A DNA stretch of 49,915 nt from Desulfobulbus sp. (GCA_041738515.1 JBGSPP010000299.1:1-49915); one strand, 5' to 3'; positions 19,523 to 29,086 are shown, counted from the stretch's first letter. The notes: a model not told the origin generated them from the sequence alone. Numbers and translations: made by a program.

Positions 19523-20282
19523 CGGACGCGACATCCTCGCCGTCATCCCGGCCAGAGGCGGCAGCAAAGGGTTGCCCGGCAAAAATATCCGCATGCTTGC
19601 GGGCAAACCGCTCATCGCTTGGAGCATCGAGGCAGCCAAGGCCTCGAGGTATGTCGATCGGTTGATTGTTTCAACCGATAGCGTAGAAATCGCCGATACG
19701 GCGAAACAGTGGGGCGCCGAAGCGCCTTTTCTCAGGCCAGCGAATCTGGCCACGGACGAGGCCAAAGGAATGGATGTGGTTCTGCACGCTCTGGAACAGT
19801 TGGGGCCGACTTCGAGTTCTTCTTCGCTTGTTCTGTTGCTTCAGCCGACTTCGCCACTGAGGACAACTGATGACATTGACAAGGCATTGGAAATGCTCGA
19901 GCAAAAGGAAGCGCAGGCTATCGTTTCCGTCTGCCAAGTGGAGCATCACCCTTGGTGGTCCAACACCCTACCACTAGACGGCAGCCTGGCCGATTTCATT
20001 CGACCCGAATTGCGCACCACCAACCGGCAATCCCTGCCTATCTATTTCCGGCTCAATGGCGCTATCTATTTGGCCAACATAGGGTTTATCAAGGAAACAC
20101 AGTCATTCTTGGGGCAGGGATGCTACGCCTACGTTATGCCCCAAGAGCGTTCTGTGGATATCGATAGTTTGCTTGATTTCCGATTGGTTGAGACGTTGCT
20201 CGGGCAAGCTACTTTGAGGGAAGGCACACTTGATGGTCTGGCACAGGCTCTAAATCCAACCGGGGGAGAAAGACGACATTAA
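19515..20282 (+). CDS. neuA: CMP-nonulosonate synthetase NeuA/LegF
   Basis: IPARGGSKGLPGKNI, VSTDS, LQPTSPLR, NGAIY, SVDID. Confidence 0.93.
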   Translation: MYNGRDILAVIPARGGSKGLPGKNIRMLAGKPLIAWSIEAAKASRYVDRLIVSTDSVEIADTAKQWGAEAPFLRPANLATDEAKGMDVVLHALEQLGPTSSSSSLVLLLQPTSPLRTTDDIDKALEMLEQKEAQAIVSVCQVEHHPWWSNTLPLDGSLADFIRPELRTTNRQSLPIYFRLNGAIYLANIGFIKETQSFLGQGCYAYVMPQERSVDIDSLLDFRLVETLLGQATLREGTLDGLAQALNPTGGERRH

Positions 20283-21235
20283 TACACATCCGAGTCGCCC
20301 ATGGAAAAATACCATTTTTTTTCCTCTTCCATGCAATGGGCGCGTTCATCCAGCACCTTGGCGCCAAAATAGGTGACCGGCTGGGAAAGGATAAAACCTA
20401 TTTTCTCGGTCGCCAAATGTCGTTCGTCATTGAGCGGCATCCAACAATTTATATAGCTCAAATTGAACTGTGAAAAATGCTGAATAATAGCGTTAAACAG
20501 ATCTAACAAGAGATGTGTATCCTGGGGAAAGCACAACTCAACAATATCTATCTCGAAATATCCTTTATTATCAATAGAATGGAAGAGTTTTGCAACGGCA
20601 AACCATTCAAGCTCCGAGGATTCTGTAAACGAAAAAAGCGTATACTCGTTACTCGGATTGATTAAATATCTCCACGAAAGATACTTCTCCGTTTTCATGA
20701 CCCGAATGTGAAATTTCGAGGCAATCTTCCTGTATGCCTCGACATGCCCCGCAGTGAACTCTTTGCAGGGCAAAGTCTGAAACGTTTCTACTTTTCTCAC
20801 TTTTTTTGCTTCTATTCTGAAACTTGGTATGGCGGCAATGTTTCTCCATTGGATATTCTTTATAAAGCCATAATGTGAATTGGCATTAGGGAAACCCCAT
20901 ACCGCAACCATCTGATTTTCTCTGTGTTGGGCATCGTACAGAGCCTTTGCAAGTGCGGGAAATATACCCTTCCCGAAGTACTTCGGGTGGGTCATAGTTG
21001 TCATAGACAGACCAGATAAAACCAAATCATCTCCAATGAGTAATCGTACGGGGAAAAGGGCATAATGTCCGGCAAGCAGATCACCATCCCACATCAGTTT
21101 TATCATCGTCATTCGTTCCGGATTATCGGAAAATCTCCATTTCCAATAGTCCAGAGACATCTCCTTTTTAAAAACAAGAGTAAAGAGTTCAAGGATCTTG
21201 TACTCATCTCCTGTCGAATAATCTCTTATTTCCAT
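20279..21235 (-). CDS. GNAT-family N-acyltransferase, low GC
   Basis: YWKWRF, TMTHPKYFGKGIF (GNAT motif A), VWGFPN, YLSWRY, GDSDVY. Confidence 0.78.
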   Translation of the reverse strand: MEIRDYSTGDEYKILELFTLVFKKEMSLDYWKWRFSDNPERMTMIKLMWDGDLLAGHYALFPVRLLIGDDLVLSGLSMTTMTHPKYFGKGIFPALAKALYDAQHRENQMVAVWGFPNANSHYGFIKNIQWRNIAAIPSFRIEAKKVRKVETFQTLPCKEFTAGHVEAYRKIASKFHIRVMKTEKYLSWRYLINPSNEYTLFSFTESSELEWFAVAKLFHSIDNKGYFEIDIVELCFPQDTHLLLDLFNAIIQHFSQFNLSYINCWMPLNDERHLATEKIGFILSQPVTYFGAKVLDERAHCMEEEKKWYFSMGDSDVY

Positions 21236-21257
21236 AGAAAAAGCCTCTCAGCGGATG

Positions 21258-21866
21258 CTATTTCACCGTACGTCCCTGACCGATATCATCCAGCAACTTT
21301 TCATGACATCCAATCACAGATCCCCGACCAATACGTATCCCCTCCCTGACCACCGCACCACTGCCCACGAAGCATTCATCTTCCACGATAACGCCGCCGT
21401 TGAGCAAAGCGCCTGTGGAAATGTGACAATGATTACCCACCACAGCGTCATGCTCGACCAGGGCTTTGGTGTTGACAATGCAATTCTCTCCCACGCTCGC
21501 GCAGGAGTTGATCAGGGCATGGTGCATGACGATCGTGCCCTGACCTATCCTCGCATGCGGCGAAACATAGGCGAGAGGCGAGACAATCACCGGCAGCTCC
21601 CCTCCTCCGTCGCGAATGGCTTCATATAACTGCTTACGTGGCGCGTAGCGTTTAATCTGGCCGATGGTGACCAGAAAATATCGGTACTGACGCAGGAGCG
21701 CCGGCAGATCAGCATCGTCGGCGAAGACAGGATAGCCGAGAACAGACTGCCCCCGATGCTCGGGCAGATCGACAATGCCGGCAATGCGGAATTCGCCCTG
21801 CTGCTCGATGACGTCGATGCAGGAACGGCAGTGGCCGCCGCCGCCGAGCATCACCAGTTCCTTCAT
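21258..21866 (-). CDS. NeuD/PglD-like sugar acetyltransferase (hexapeptide repeats)
   Basis: LGGGGHCRSCIDV, IGQI, VEHDAVVGNHCHISTGA. Confidence 0.9.
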   Translation of the reverse strand: MKELVMLGGGGHCRSCIDVIEQQGEFRIAGIVDLPEHRGQSVLGYPVFADDADLPALLRQYRYFLVTIGQIKRYAPRKQLYEAIRDGGGELPVIVSPLAYVSPHARIGQGTIVMHHALINSCASVGENCIVNTKALVEHDAVVGNHCHISTGALLNGGVIVEDECFVGSGAVVREGIRIGRGSVIGCHEKLLDDIGQGRTVK

Positions 21867-23014
21867 GCCGGCACGCTGCTGGGGAGGTTGACAATTCGGT
21901 CCGCCAGGTCATCGGCGACAGCGCCGCCATGGGTTTGGCACTGGGCGAACATCGGCAGCCGATTGAGCGGGGTCCAGACCGGCCGGGTCATGACGCCGAC
22001 AGCGTTGGTCGCTGCCAGCAGTTGGTCTCTGGCCTCCAGATTTTTGGCTAGAACAGTGTTCAGCCAGTAATTGGAGCGCGCTCCAGGCGGTTCGGTGACA
22101 AAGGTCAGGGTGCTGTCCCGGAAAAAGGTCTGGTACGCCGCCGCTATGCCACGCTTCTCTTCCAAAAACCGGTCAAGCTGTTCCAACTGACCGCAGCTTA
22201 GCGCCGCATTGATGTTGGGCATGCGGTAATTGTAGCCCACCTCGGTGTGTTCATAGAGATAGGGGTGCGGTTTCTTTGCCGTGGTGGTGAGGTGTCGCGC
22301 GTGGGCCGCAAAACGTTCGTCGTCGGTGACGATCATCCCTCCTCCGCCGCTGGTCACGATCTTGTTGCCGTTGAAGCTGAGCACGCCGGCCAAGCCAAAG
22401 GTTCCGCAATGCCTGTTGAGCTGTGTGCTGCCCAGAGCCTCGGCGGCGTCTTCAATCACCGGCACGCCATGCATGGCGCAGATATCGACAATGGACTGAA
22501 TTCGGCACGGATGCCCGAAGGTGTGCATGGGCACGCAGGCAGCGATCCTTCGACCGGATTGCCGATTGTAGCAGGCGCCGCTGCCCATTCGGGTCTGGGA
22601 GGCAAAGAAATCCTCCAAGGCTGCCGGGTCAAGGCCCATGCTCGCCGGCTCGACGTCGATGAATACCGGCCGGGCGCTGCAGTAGGCGATGGCGTTGGCC
22701 GTGGCTACAAAGGAGATCGGCTGGGTGAGCACCTCATCCCCTGGCCGAACACCAACCGTGAGCAGGGCCGCGTGAAGGGCGGCTGTACCGCAATTGGTCG
22801 CAACAGCGTAGGCCGCGCCGGTCAGGTCTTGAATCATCTCCTCAAGCCTGGTCACATAGGGACCAACCGAGGACACGAAGGTGGAATCGAGACAATCGGC
22901 AACATAACGCCGCTCATTGCCCCGGAACACCGGGGCGTGCAGGGGCACCTTGTCGCAGCCAGGATAGAGCGAGCGGATGAACTCGATGATGGCCTGGGGG
23001 GAGAGTGTGGTCAT
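21863..23014 (-). CDS. legC: LegC-family PLP aminotransferase
   Basis: PLHAPVF, STFVSSVG, EDAAEALGS, SFNGNKIVTSGGGG, GYNYRMPNINAAL, NLPSS. Confidence 0.88.
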   Translation of the reverse strand: MTTLSPQAIIEFIRSLYPGCDKVPLHAPVFRGNERRYVADCLDSTFVSSVGPYVTRLEEMIQDLTGAAYAVATNCGTAALHAALLTVGVRPGDEVLTQPISFVATANAIAYCSARPVFIDVEPASMGLDPAALEDFFASQTRMGSGACYNRQSGRRIAACVPMHTFGHPCRIQSIVDICAMHGVPVIEDAAEALGSTQLNRHCGTFGLAGVLSFNGNKIVTSGGGGMIVTDDERFAAHARHLTTTAKKPHPYLYEHTEVGYNYRMPNINAALSCGQLEQLDRFLEEKRGIAAAYQTFFRDSTLTFVTEPPGARSNYWLNTVLAKNLEARDQLLAATNAVGVMTRPVWTPLNRLPMFAQCQTHGGAVADDLADRIVNLPSSVPA

Positions 23015-23031
23015 GGGTTTTCGCTGCCGGC

Positions 23032-24039
23032 TCAGATGTTGTACAGGTGCGCCTTGTAGCCGCGCAGGTTGTCCGGGTCGGCAAACCAGGTCACCGTTTC
23101 CTTCAATCCCCTCGCCAGGCCATCGCGGCCGCCATACTCGGGTTCCCAGCCAATGAGTCGCCTGGCCTTGGCGTTGTCGGCCCAGAGCCGCTCGACCTCG
23201 CTCTTCTCCGGCCGCAGCCGCTGGTTGTCGGTGGTGATTTCGACTTCCACCCCCATAACCTCGGCGATGATTGATACCAGTTCGCCGATGGACACCTCAA
23301 AATTGCTGCCGATGTTGATCACCTCGCCCACCGATTGTTCCGCCTCCATGACCCGTATGAACCCACGCACCGTGTCGCGAACATAATTGAAGTCGCGGGT
23401 CGGATGCAGGGCGCCAAGGTGCAGTCTGCGCTGCCCGTTCAGGATCTGGGTGATGACCGTGGGAATGACGGCCCGGGCCGACTGCCGCGGCCCGTAGGTG
23501 TTGAACGGCCGGATAACTGCCACCGGCACGTTGAAGGAGGCATGGTAGGACAGGGCAATCTGGTCCGCACCAATCTTGCTGGCCGAGTAGGGCGACTGGC
23601 CCTGCAGGGGATGCTCCTCGGTGATGGGCACAAACCGGGCCGTGCCATACACCTCGCTGGTGCTGGTGTGGACGACCTTGCTCACCCCGAGTTCGCGCGC
23701 TGCCTGGACAACATTCAGGGTTCCCTGAATGTTGGTCGAAACATAGGTGGCCGGCGAGTGATAGGAGTAGGGGATGGCGATGAGCGCGGCCAGATGATAG
23801 ACGCCCTCGCAGCCCTCCATGGCCTTTTTAACCCCGAACGGGTCGCGGATGTCGCCGCTGAACACCTCAATCGCCGACCGGATCTCTTTGGGGGCCTGAT
23901 CGAGCCAGCCCCAGGAATTGAATGAATTATAGAGGACAAAGGCCCGCACGGATTGACCGCTACGGACCAACGTTTCCACCAGATGGGAACCGATGAAGCC
24001 ATCGGCCCCGGTCACCAATACTTTTCCGGTCATCATCAT
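23032..24039 (-). CDS. legB: NAD-dependent 4,6-dehydratase LegB
   Basis: TGADGFIGSHL, YNSFNSWGWLD, LAALIAIPYSY, YSASK, RLRPEKSEVERL, terminal YNI. Confidence 0.9.
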   Translation of the reverse strand: MMMTGKVLVTGADGFIGSHLVETLVRSGQSVRAFVLYNSFNSWGWLDQAPKEIRSAIEVFSGDIRDPFGVKKAMEGCEGVYHLAALIAIPYSYHSPATYVSTNIQGTLNVVQAARELGVSKVVHTSTSEVYGTARFVPITEEHPLQGQSPYSASKIGADQIALSYHASFNVPVAVIRPFNTYGPRQSARAVIPTVITQILNGQRRLHLGALHPTRDFNYVRDTVRGFIRVMEAEQSVGEVINIGSNFEVSIGELVSIIAEVMGVEVEITTDNQRLRPEKSEVERLWADNAKARRLIGWEPEYGGRDGLARGLKETVTWFADPDNLRGYKAHLYNI

Positions 24040-24201
24040 TGCTCTCCTTTTCAGTGGCTGGTTGCAGTGTAGCTGTGAACGGAGGGGAAGTCAAATCATG
24101 GCCGCCGCTGAAATCACTGCGCGCGCCAACGCTCTTCGGCTGTTGGTGCATTCTTGCCGCCGCCCTTGATGAAGAAAATTCATGATAACCCTCGTTTTTC
24201 A

Positions 24202-24229
24202 TAAACTCCCTGCCCCTGGCTACCGATAC
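24202..24229 (+). promoter_or_regulatory. Sigma28 promoter of flagellin 1
   Basis: TAAA-N16-ACCGATAC. Confidence 0.75.
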
Positions 24230-24274
24230 ATGCATAGTTGAGAAGCGTATGAGCAGTGAAGCGAATTGGTAGAA

Positions 24275-24304
24275 CAGGATCTTTATCATCAGGGAGGATA
24301 CCCT
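24275..24304 (+). promoter_or_regulatory. Candidate CsrA sites overlapping the flagellin-1 RBS
   Basis: CAGGAT (24275-24280) and hairpin AGGG-AGGATA-CCCT (24291-24304). Confidence 0.55.
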
Positions 24305-24305
24305 C

Positions 24306-25148
24306 ATGGCTCTTGTCATCAATACCAATATCGCATCACTCAATGCCCAGCGGAATCTGAATAGAAGCCAGGGCGATTTAAACAAGGCAATGCAGAAACT
24401 GTCGTCCGGCCTGCGCATCAACAGCGCCCGGGACGACGCCGCCGGACTTGCCATCTCCGACCGGATGACCTCCCAGATCAGGGGCCTGAACCAGGCAGCG
24501 CGCAATGCCAACGACGGCATCTCGCTGGCCCAGACCGCTGAGGGTGCGCTGCAGGAAACCACCAATATGCTGCAGCGGATGCGGGAATTGGCGGTCCAGT
24601 CGGCCAACGACACCAACACCGTCGAAGACCGCAGCTCGCTCGATTCCGAATTCCAGAGTCTGATTGAGGAGATCAACCGGATCGCCACCACCACGGCCTT
24701 CAACGGCAAGACCATGCTCACCGGCTCCTATGCGACCAATGGCTTTATCTTCCACGTGGGAGCCAATGCCGACCAGGTCATCAGCGTACAAATTGCCGGC
24801 GCGTCCATCGGCGCCCTTGGCAGCGGTACCGCTGTTATCTCTGGCACCACCATTTCCACCCAGTCAGGAGCCAATTCAGCGCTGGGCATCATCGATGCAG
24901 CCATCTCCGATATCGACGTCATGCGCGGCGATCTGGGCGCGGCCCAGAACCGGATGGAATCGACCATCGCCAACCTGAACAATGTTTCCGAAAACCTGTC
25001 TGCAGCCCGGTCGCGGATTCTGGATGCCGACGTCGCCCAGGAAACAGCCCACATGACTAAGAACAATATCCTCCAGCAGGCGGGAGTGGCTATCCTGGCC
25101 CAGGCCAACCAGACCCCGCAACTGGCCCTGCAGCTGCTCCAGGGTTAA
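24306..25148 (+). CDS. fliC: Flagellin 1 (280 aa)
   Basis: [55 protein letters not shown]. Confidence 0.97.
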   Translation: MALVINTNIASLNAQRNLNRSQGDLNKAMQKLSSGLRINSARDDAAGLAISDRMTSQIRGLNQAARNANDGISLAQTAEGALQETTNMLQRMRELAVQSANDTNTVEDRSSLDSEFQSLIEEINRIATTTAFNGKTMLTGSYATNGFIFHVGANADQVISVQIAGASIGALGSGTAVISGTTISTQSGANSALGIIDAAISDIDVMRGDLGAAQNRMESTIANLNNVSENLSAARSRILDADVAQETAHMTKNNILQQAGVAILAQANQTPQLALQLLQG

Positions 25149-25158
25149 AAATGATGTC

Positions 25159-25188
25159 TGGGCAGGCTGTTAACCAGCAGCCTGCCCA
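25159..25188 (+). terminator. Stem-loop after flagellin 1
   Basis: TGGGCAGGCTG...CAGCCTGCCCA, 11-bp stem; no U-tract on + strand. Confidence 0.55.
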
Positions 25189-25214
25189 CCCCCAAAAAAA
25201 TAGCAAGAAAAAGC

Positions 25215-25242
25215 TAAAGAACGCCTGTCGCAGAACCGAAAA
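25215..25242 (+). promoter_or_regulatory. Sigma28 promoter of flagellin 2
   Basis: TAAA-N16-ACCGAAAA with A-tracts upstream. Confidence 0.65.
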
Positions 25243-25245
25243 GAG

Positions 25246-25429
25246 GGATAACAAGGAATAAGGGATCAAACACCACACAACCTAATACAAGGAGGAGACC
25301 AGTACCTAAAACGAAAATCGACACCAAGGCAGTCTCATCTGAACAAAGGCTACACAACCCAGGCTGAACAATTAACGAAGTACCAAGGGCAAGGATGCCC
25401 GGAAATACATCTTTCACGGAGGAAAGACC
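25246..25429 (+). promoter_or_regulatory. Long A-rich flagellin-2 leader with nine GGA motifs (CsrA-type)
   Basis: GGA at 25246, 25255, 25263, 25291, 25294, 25393, 25401, 25418, 25421; hairpin GGGC-AAGGAT-GCCC at 25387-25400. Confidence 0.65.
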
Positions 25430-26254
25430 ATGGCAATCGCAATCAACACCAATATCGCTTCACTCAACGCTCAACGCAATCTTAGTACCTCTCAACTCGG
25501 ACTGAATAAGTCTATGCAGCGCCTCTCTTCGGGCCTGCGCATTAACAGTGCCAAGGACGATGCAGCTGGTCTGGCGATCTCTGATCGCATGACCTCGCAG
25601 ATTCGCGGCTTAAACCAAGCGGCCCGCAACGCCCAGGATGGCATCTCCCTGGCGCAGACGGCGGAAGGCGCCTTGGGCGAAACCACCAACCTGCTGCAAC
25701 GGATGCGTGAGTTGGCCGTCCAGTCAGCGAACGACACTAACACTCAGGATGATCGGGACTCTCTGCAGGCCGAATTTAATCAGCTTCAGGCGGAAATTCA
25801 GCGCATTGCAGATAACACCCAATTCAACAATCGCGGTGTGCTCAACGGCAGTGCCGATGGGGCGATCTTCCATATAGGAGCGAATGCCGATCAGGTCATC
25901 TCGTTGACTATTAACTCCATGGGCGTTACTGGCCTCACGGTTGATTCAGGTGATGCTTCAATCGGTGCTCAGTCTACCGCCAATGCTGCTATTTCGACCA
26001 TTGATGCAGCTATCGGCACCGTCGATACGGAGCGCGGCAAGCTCGGCGCGGTCATGAACAGGTTGGAGTCGACCATCGCCAACCTGAGCAACGTCTCGGA
26101 GAACATCTCGGCCTCCCGGTCGCGGATCATCGACGCAGACATCGCCCAGGAGACCTCGGCCATGACCAAAAACAACATCCTGCAGCAGGCCGGCGTTTCG
26201 GTCCTGGCCCAGGCCAACCAGACCCCGCAGCTGGCCCTGAGCCTGCTCCAGTAA
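25430..26254 (+). CDS. fliC: Flagellin 2 (274 aa)
   Basis: Same conserved termini as flagellin 1; GGAGGA RBS. Confidence 0.97.
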   Translation: MAIAINTNIASLNAQRNLSTSQLGLNKSMQRLSSGLRINSAKDDAAGLAISDRMTSQIRGLNQAARNAQDGISLAQTAEGALGETTNLLQRMRELAVQSANDTNTQDDRDSLQAEFNQLQAEIQRIADNTQFNNRGVLNGSADGAIFHIGANADQVISLTINSMGVTGLTVDSGDASIGAQSTANAAISTIDAAIGTVDTERGKLGAVMNRLESTIANLSNVSENISASRSRIIDADIAQETSAMTKNNILQQAGVSVLAQANQTPQLALSLLQ

Positions 26255-26266
26255 GTAAACCTCAGC

Positions 26267-26294
26267 CGGACAAGGGGGGACGCCCCCTTGTCCG
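26267..26294 (+). terminator. Stem-loop between flagellin 2 and flaG (attenuator or mRNA stabiliser)
   Basis: CGGACAAGGGGG-GACG-CCCCCTTGTCCG, perfect 12-bp stem, no U-tract. Confidence 0.6.
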
Positions 26295-26342
26295 CATCTG
26301 CCTTGCCCCACCCACGTCGACGACACTTCCATGGAGGGAACA

Positions 26343-26714
26343 ATGAACATCGAAGCCATCACAACCGGATCAACCGGTTTCTTCAGAGCTTCAGCACCAG
26401 GCGCCGGAGCCGATCAGGTGCAGCGGAACAGGGATCTGGCAAAAAAAGATCCCACTGCTGAAGCCCAACCCGAGGCAACGTCCAGGGCCAATCAGGTCCA
26501 GCCCGAAGAGTTGCTGCAAAGCATCAAATCGCTCACCGATAACGGCGCCTACAGCGTTCGTTTTGAAATGCACAAAGAGACCAACGAAATGGTCATCAAC
26601 CTGATCGAGCAGGAAACCGGCGAGACCATCCGTCAAATTCCGCCCGAGGAGATCCTTGGCCTGCACAAGGCCCTGGCCGATCTGCGCGGCAACCTGTTGC
26701 AAGCGGAAAGTTGA
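26343..26714 (+). CDS. flaG: Flagellar protein FlaG
   Basis: VRFEMHKET, ETGETIRQIPPEEIL; between flagellin and fliD. Confidence 0.9.
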   Translation: MNIEAITTGSTGFFRASAPGAGADQVQRNRDLAKKDPTAEAQPEATSRANQVQPEELLQSIKSLTDNGAYSVRFEMHKETNEMVINLIEQETGETIRQIPPEEILGLHKALADLRGNLLQAES

Positions 26715-26738
26715 ACGGAAGCAAGGAAGGAGGCGGGC

Positions 26739-28074
26739 ATGGCATCTATCACATTTGGCGGACTGGCCAGCGGACTGGACACGGACTCCATCATCACGGC
26801 AATAATGAATGTCGAGAAGAGGCCGCTGACCAAACTGGAGAACGACAAATCATTTTTCAACACCAGACTGAAAGCCTTTGCCGACTTCAACACCAAGCTT
26901 AAATCCCTGGAAACTGCCTTCAAGGATCTGAGCAGTGCAGACAAATTCCGTTCGTTCACCGCCAAGGCGGCCAGCGAGGAGTTCTTCTCGCTCAAGGCCA
27001 GCAGCACTGCCAAGGCGGGCACCTTTAACATCGAAGTGGTGAACCTGGCCCAGGTCCAGAAGACCGCAGGCGTGGGCTATGCCAGCACCACTTCGGCCTT
27101 CAGCGCCGGCACGATCGATATCAACGGCACCAGCATCGCGGTGACGGCGGACGACACTCTGGGCAGCATTGTCGATAAAATTAATGCTGCCAACACAGGC
27201 GATACGGCCACCGGCGTAGCCGCCTCTCTCATCAACGACGGCACGACCAACGGCTACAGGATGGTCCTGACCGGCAAGGATGCCTCGACAACGTTTACCG
27301 CCACTGCCTCCGGCGTGGCTGCCGACGGTCAGAGCCTGACCTTCACCACCCCCCAGATGGCGCAACAGGCAACAGTCTTGATTGATGGCATCACCATCGT
27401 CAGCAACAACAACACCCCTGAAAAACGCCATCCCTGGCGTTGATCTCACCCTGCTCAAGACCAACACCGCCGGCGTATCCACCCAAATGTCAGTTGCTGT
27501 GGACAACGAGGGGGTCAAGAAAAAATTGGACGCTTTTGTCAGCGCCTACAACGATATCATTAAATTTGTCTCGGACCAGAAGGGCAGCAGTTGGGCCAAC
27601 GACTCGAGCATGCAGTCCGCCAAACGGCGAATGATGGGCATGCTGACCGAGGCCGTAGGCGGGGACAACCCGCTGCAACGGTTGGTGGATATCGGCATCA
27701 AAACCAACAAGGACGACGGCACTATCTCGCTTGACAGCACCAAGATCGAAAAACTGATCAGCGAGGATTTTGAAAGCTTGGAGAATTTGTTTCTCGGCAA
27801 GGATGGCGCCGACGGAATCAATGATAAATTCCTAAATTATCTGTCCGGATTAACCGATTCAAACCAAGGCCTGTACGCCTCGAAGAAAAAAAGCACCGAA
27901 AGCGCTGTCAAGGGAATAGAGCGAAACATCGACAGCATGAATCTCCGGCTGGAAAAAAGAGAAGCGTCGCTACGCGCCCAATTTCAATCACTCGAACTGC
28001 TCATGAGCTCGATGAACGCGACCAGCAACTATCTCACCCAGCAGATCAGCAGCATGAACGCCAGCAAGGGATAA
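26739..28074 (+). pseudogene. fliD: Filament cap FliD split by a single-base +1 frameshift (real indel or sequencing error)
   Basis: N-part GLASGLDTDSII (26739-27443) and C-part LKNAIPGVDLTL...LRAQFQSLE (27382-28074); deleting one C of CCCC at 27415-27418 gives SNNNTLKNAIPGV and one 444-aa ORF. Confidence 0.88.
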
Positions 28075-28078
28075 CACT

Positions 28079-28519
28079 ATGAACATGTACAGCAACGACT
28101 ACCTGCGCAACCAGATTGCGATGGCCTCGAAGGAACAGTTACTGCTCATGTTCTACGACGGCGCCATCCGGTTCACCGCCCGGGCGAGAATGGCCGTCGA
28201 GCGCGGCGACATCGAGGACAGGAATTACTGCATCAAAAAGGCCAACGCGGTCATTTCCGAACTGCAGGCCACCCTGGACCATGAGATCGGGGGGCAAATC
28301 GCAGACAACCTGGATGCGCTCTATGTCTACATGCTCAACGAGTTGAACGCCGCCACCTTCAAGAACGCCGCCGAACCACTCGTACGGGTGGAAGAAATGC
28401 TCTCCGGCCTGCGCGAAACCTGGAAACAGGCCATCGACAAGGTACGCAAGGAGAAGATGGGCGCTTCGATGAGCGCGGCCCGTCCCATGGCCCGCGCCTC
28501 TCTTTCCATCGCCATGTGA
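28079..28519 (+). CDS. fliS: Flagellin chaperone FliS
   Basis: ASKEQLLLMFYDGAIRF, GGQIADNLDALYVYM, LRETW. Confidence 0.95.
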   Translation: MNMYSNDYLRNQIAMASKEQLLLMFYDGAIRFTARARMAVERGDIEDRNYCIKKANAVISELQATLDHEIGGQIADNLDALYVYMLNELNAATFKNAAEPLVRVEEMLSGLRETWKQAIDKVRKEKMGASMSAARPMARASLSIAM

Positions 28520-28541
28520 CCGGCCGACTGCGGAAAGAACG

Positions 28542-28913
28542 ATGACCAACGACCGGACCCAGGGCAACAATCCGAGTGCCTACGGGCAGATGCTTGCCAA
28601 ACTCGACGAAATCGAGCGGACCCTGGACCTTCAGGATGCCGAGTTGATAGGGCAACTTTCCAGTGAAGTTGAGCAATGCCTTGAGCAGATCAAGCAATTC
28701 GATCGGCAAGCAGGTCAGCCGGCAACCGTTAAACGCCGGGCACAGATGGAGGAACTCCTGGCAAGAAACCAGGTCTTGACAGCGCGCATCCGGGAGATCA
28801 CCGCCCTGCAGCGAAACGAACTCAACCAGCTCAAAGTCGGTCTGGAAACCGCCAAGGGGTATGCTTCGCACCATGCCAAGCGGACCGGTTCCATTATCAA
28901 CAGTTCCAACTAG
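28542..28913 (+). CDS. FliT-like helical chaperone
   Basis: 123-aa helical protein after fliS with C-terminal AKGY; call rests mainly on position. Confidence 0.55.
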   Translation: MTNDRTQGNNPSAYGQMLAKLDEIERTLDLQDAELIGQLSSEVEQCLEQIKQFDRQAGQPATVKRRAQMEELLARNQVLTARIREITALQRNELNQLKVGLETAKGYASHHAKRTGSIINSSN

Positions 28914-29086
28914 GGAAGCAACTTCCCCGCCACGGCGAACAGCCGTTGGCTTTTCCAGGCCGCCCTCTCCACCCTCGCGAAATTTCCGCATTATTCCAGC
29001 GCTACCAAAAAATTTCTTTCCATCTCCGGCCTGTTGTGGCAAGCTACAAGATATTTCTTTCTTTCTTCTCTTGAACAGGTAACACC

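Noticed and set aside
27382-28074. Independent second fliD gene or programmed frameshift
   Set aside because: No RBS before the downstream frame and no in-frame slippery codon plus stop; a single-base indel explains it
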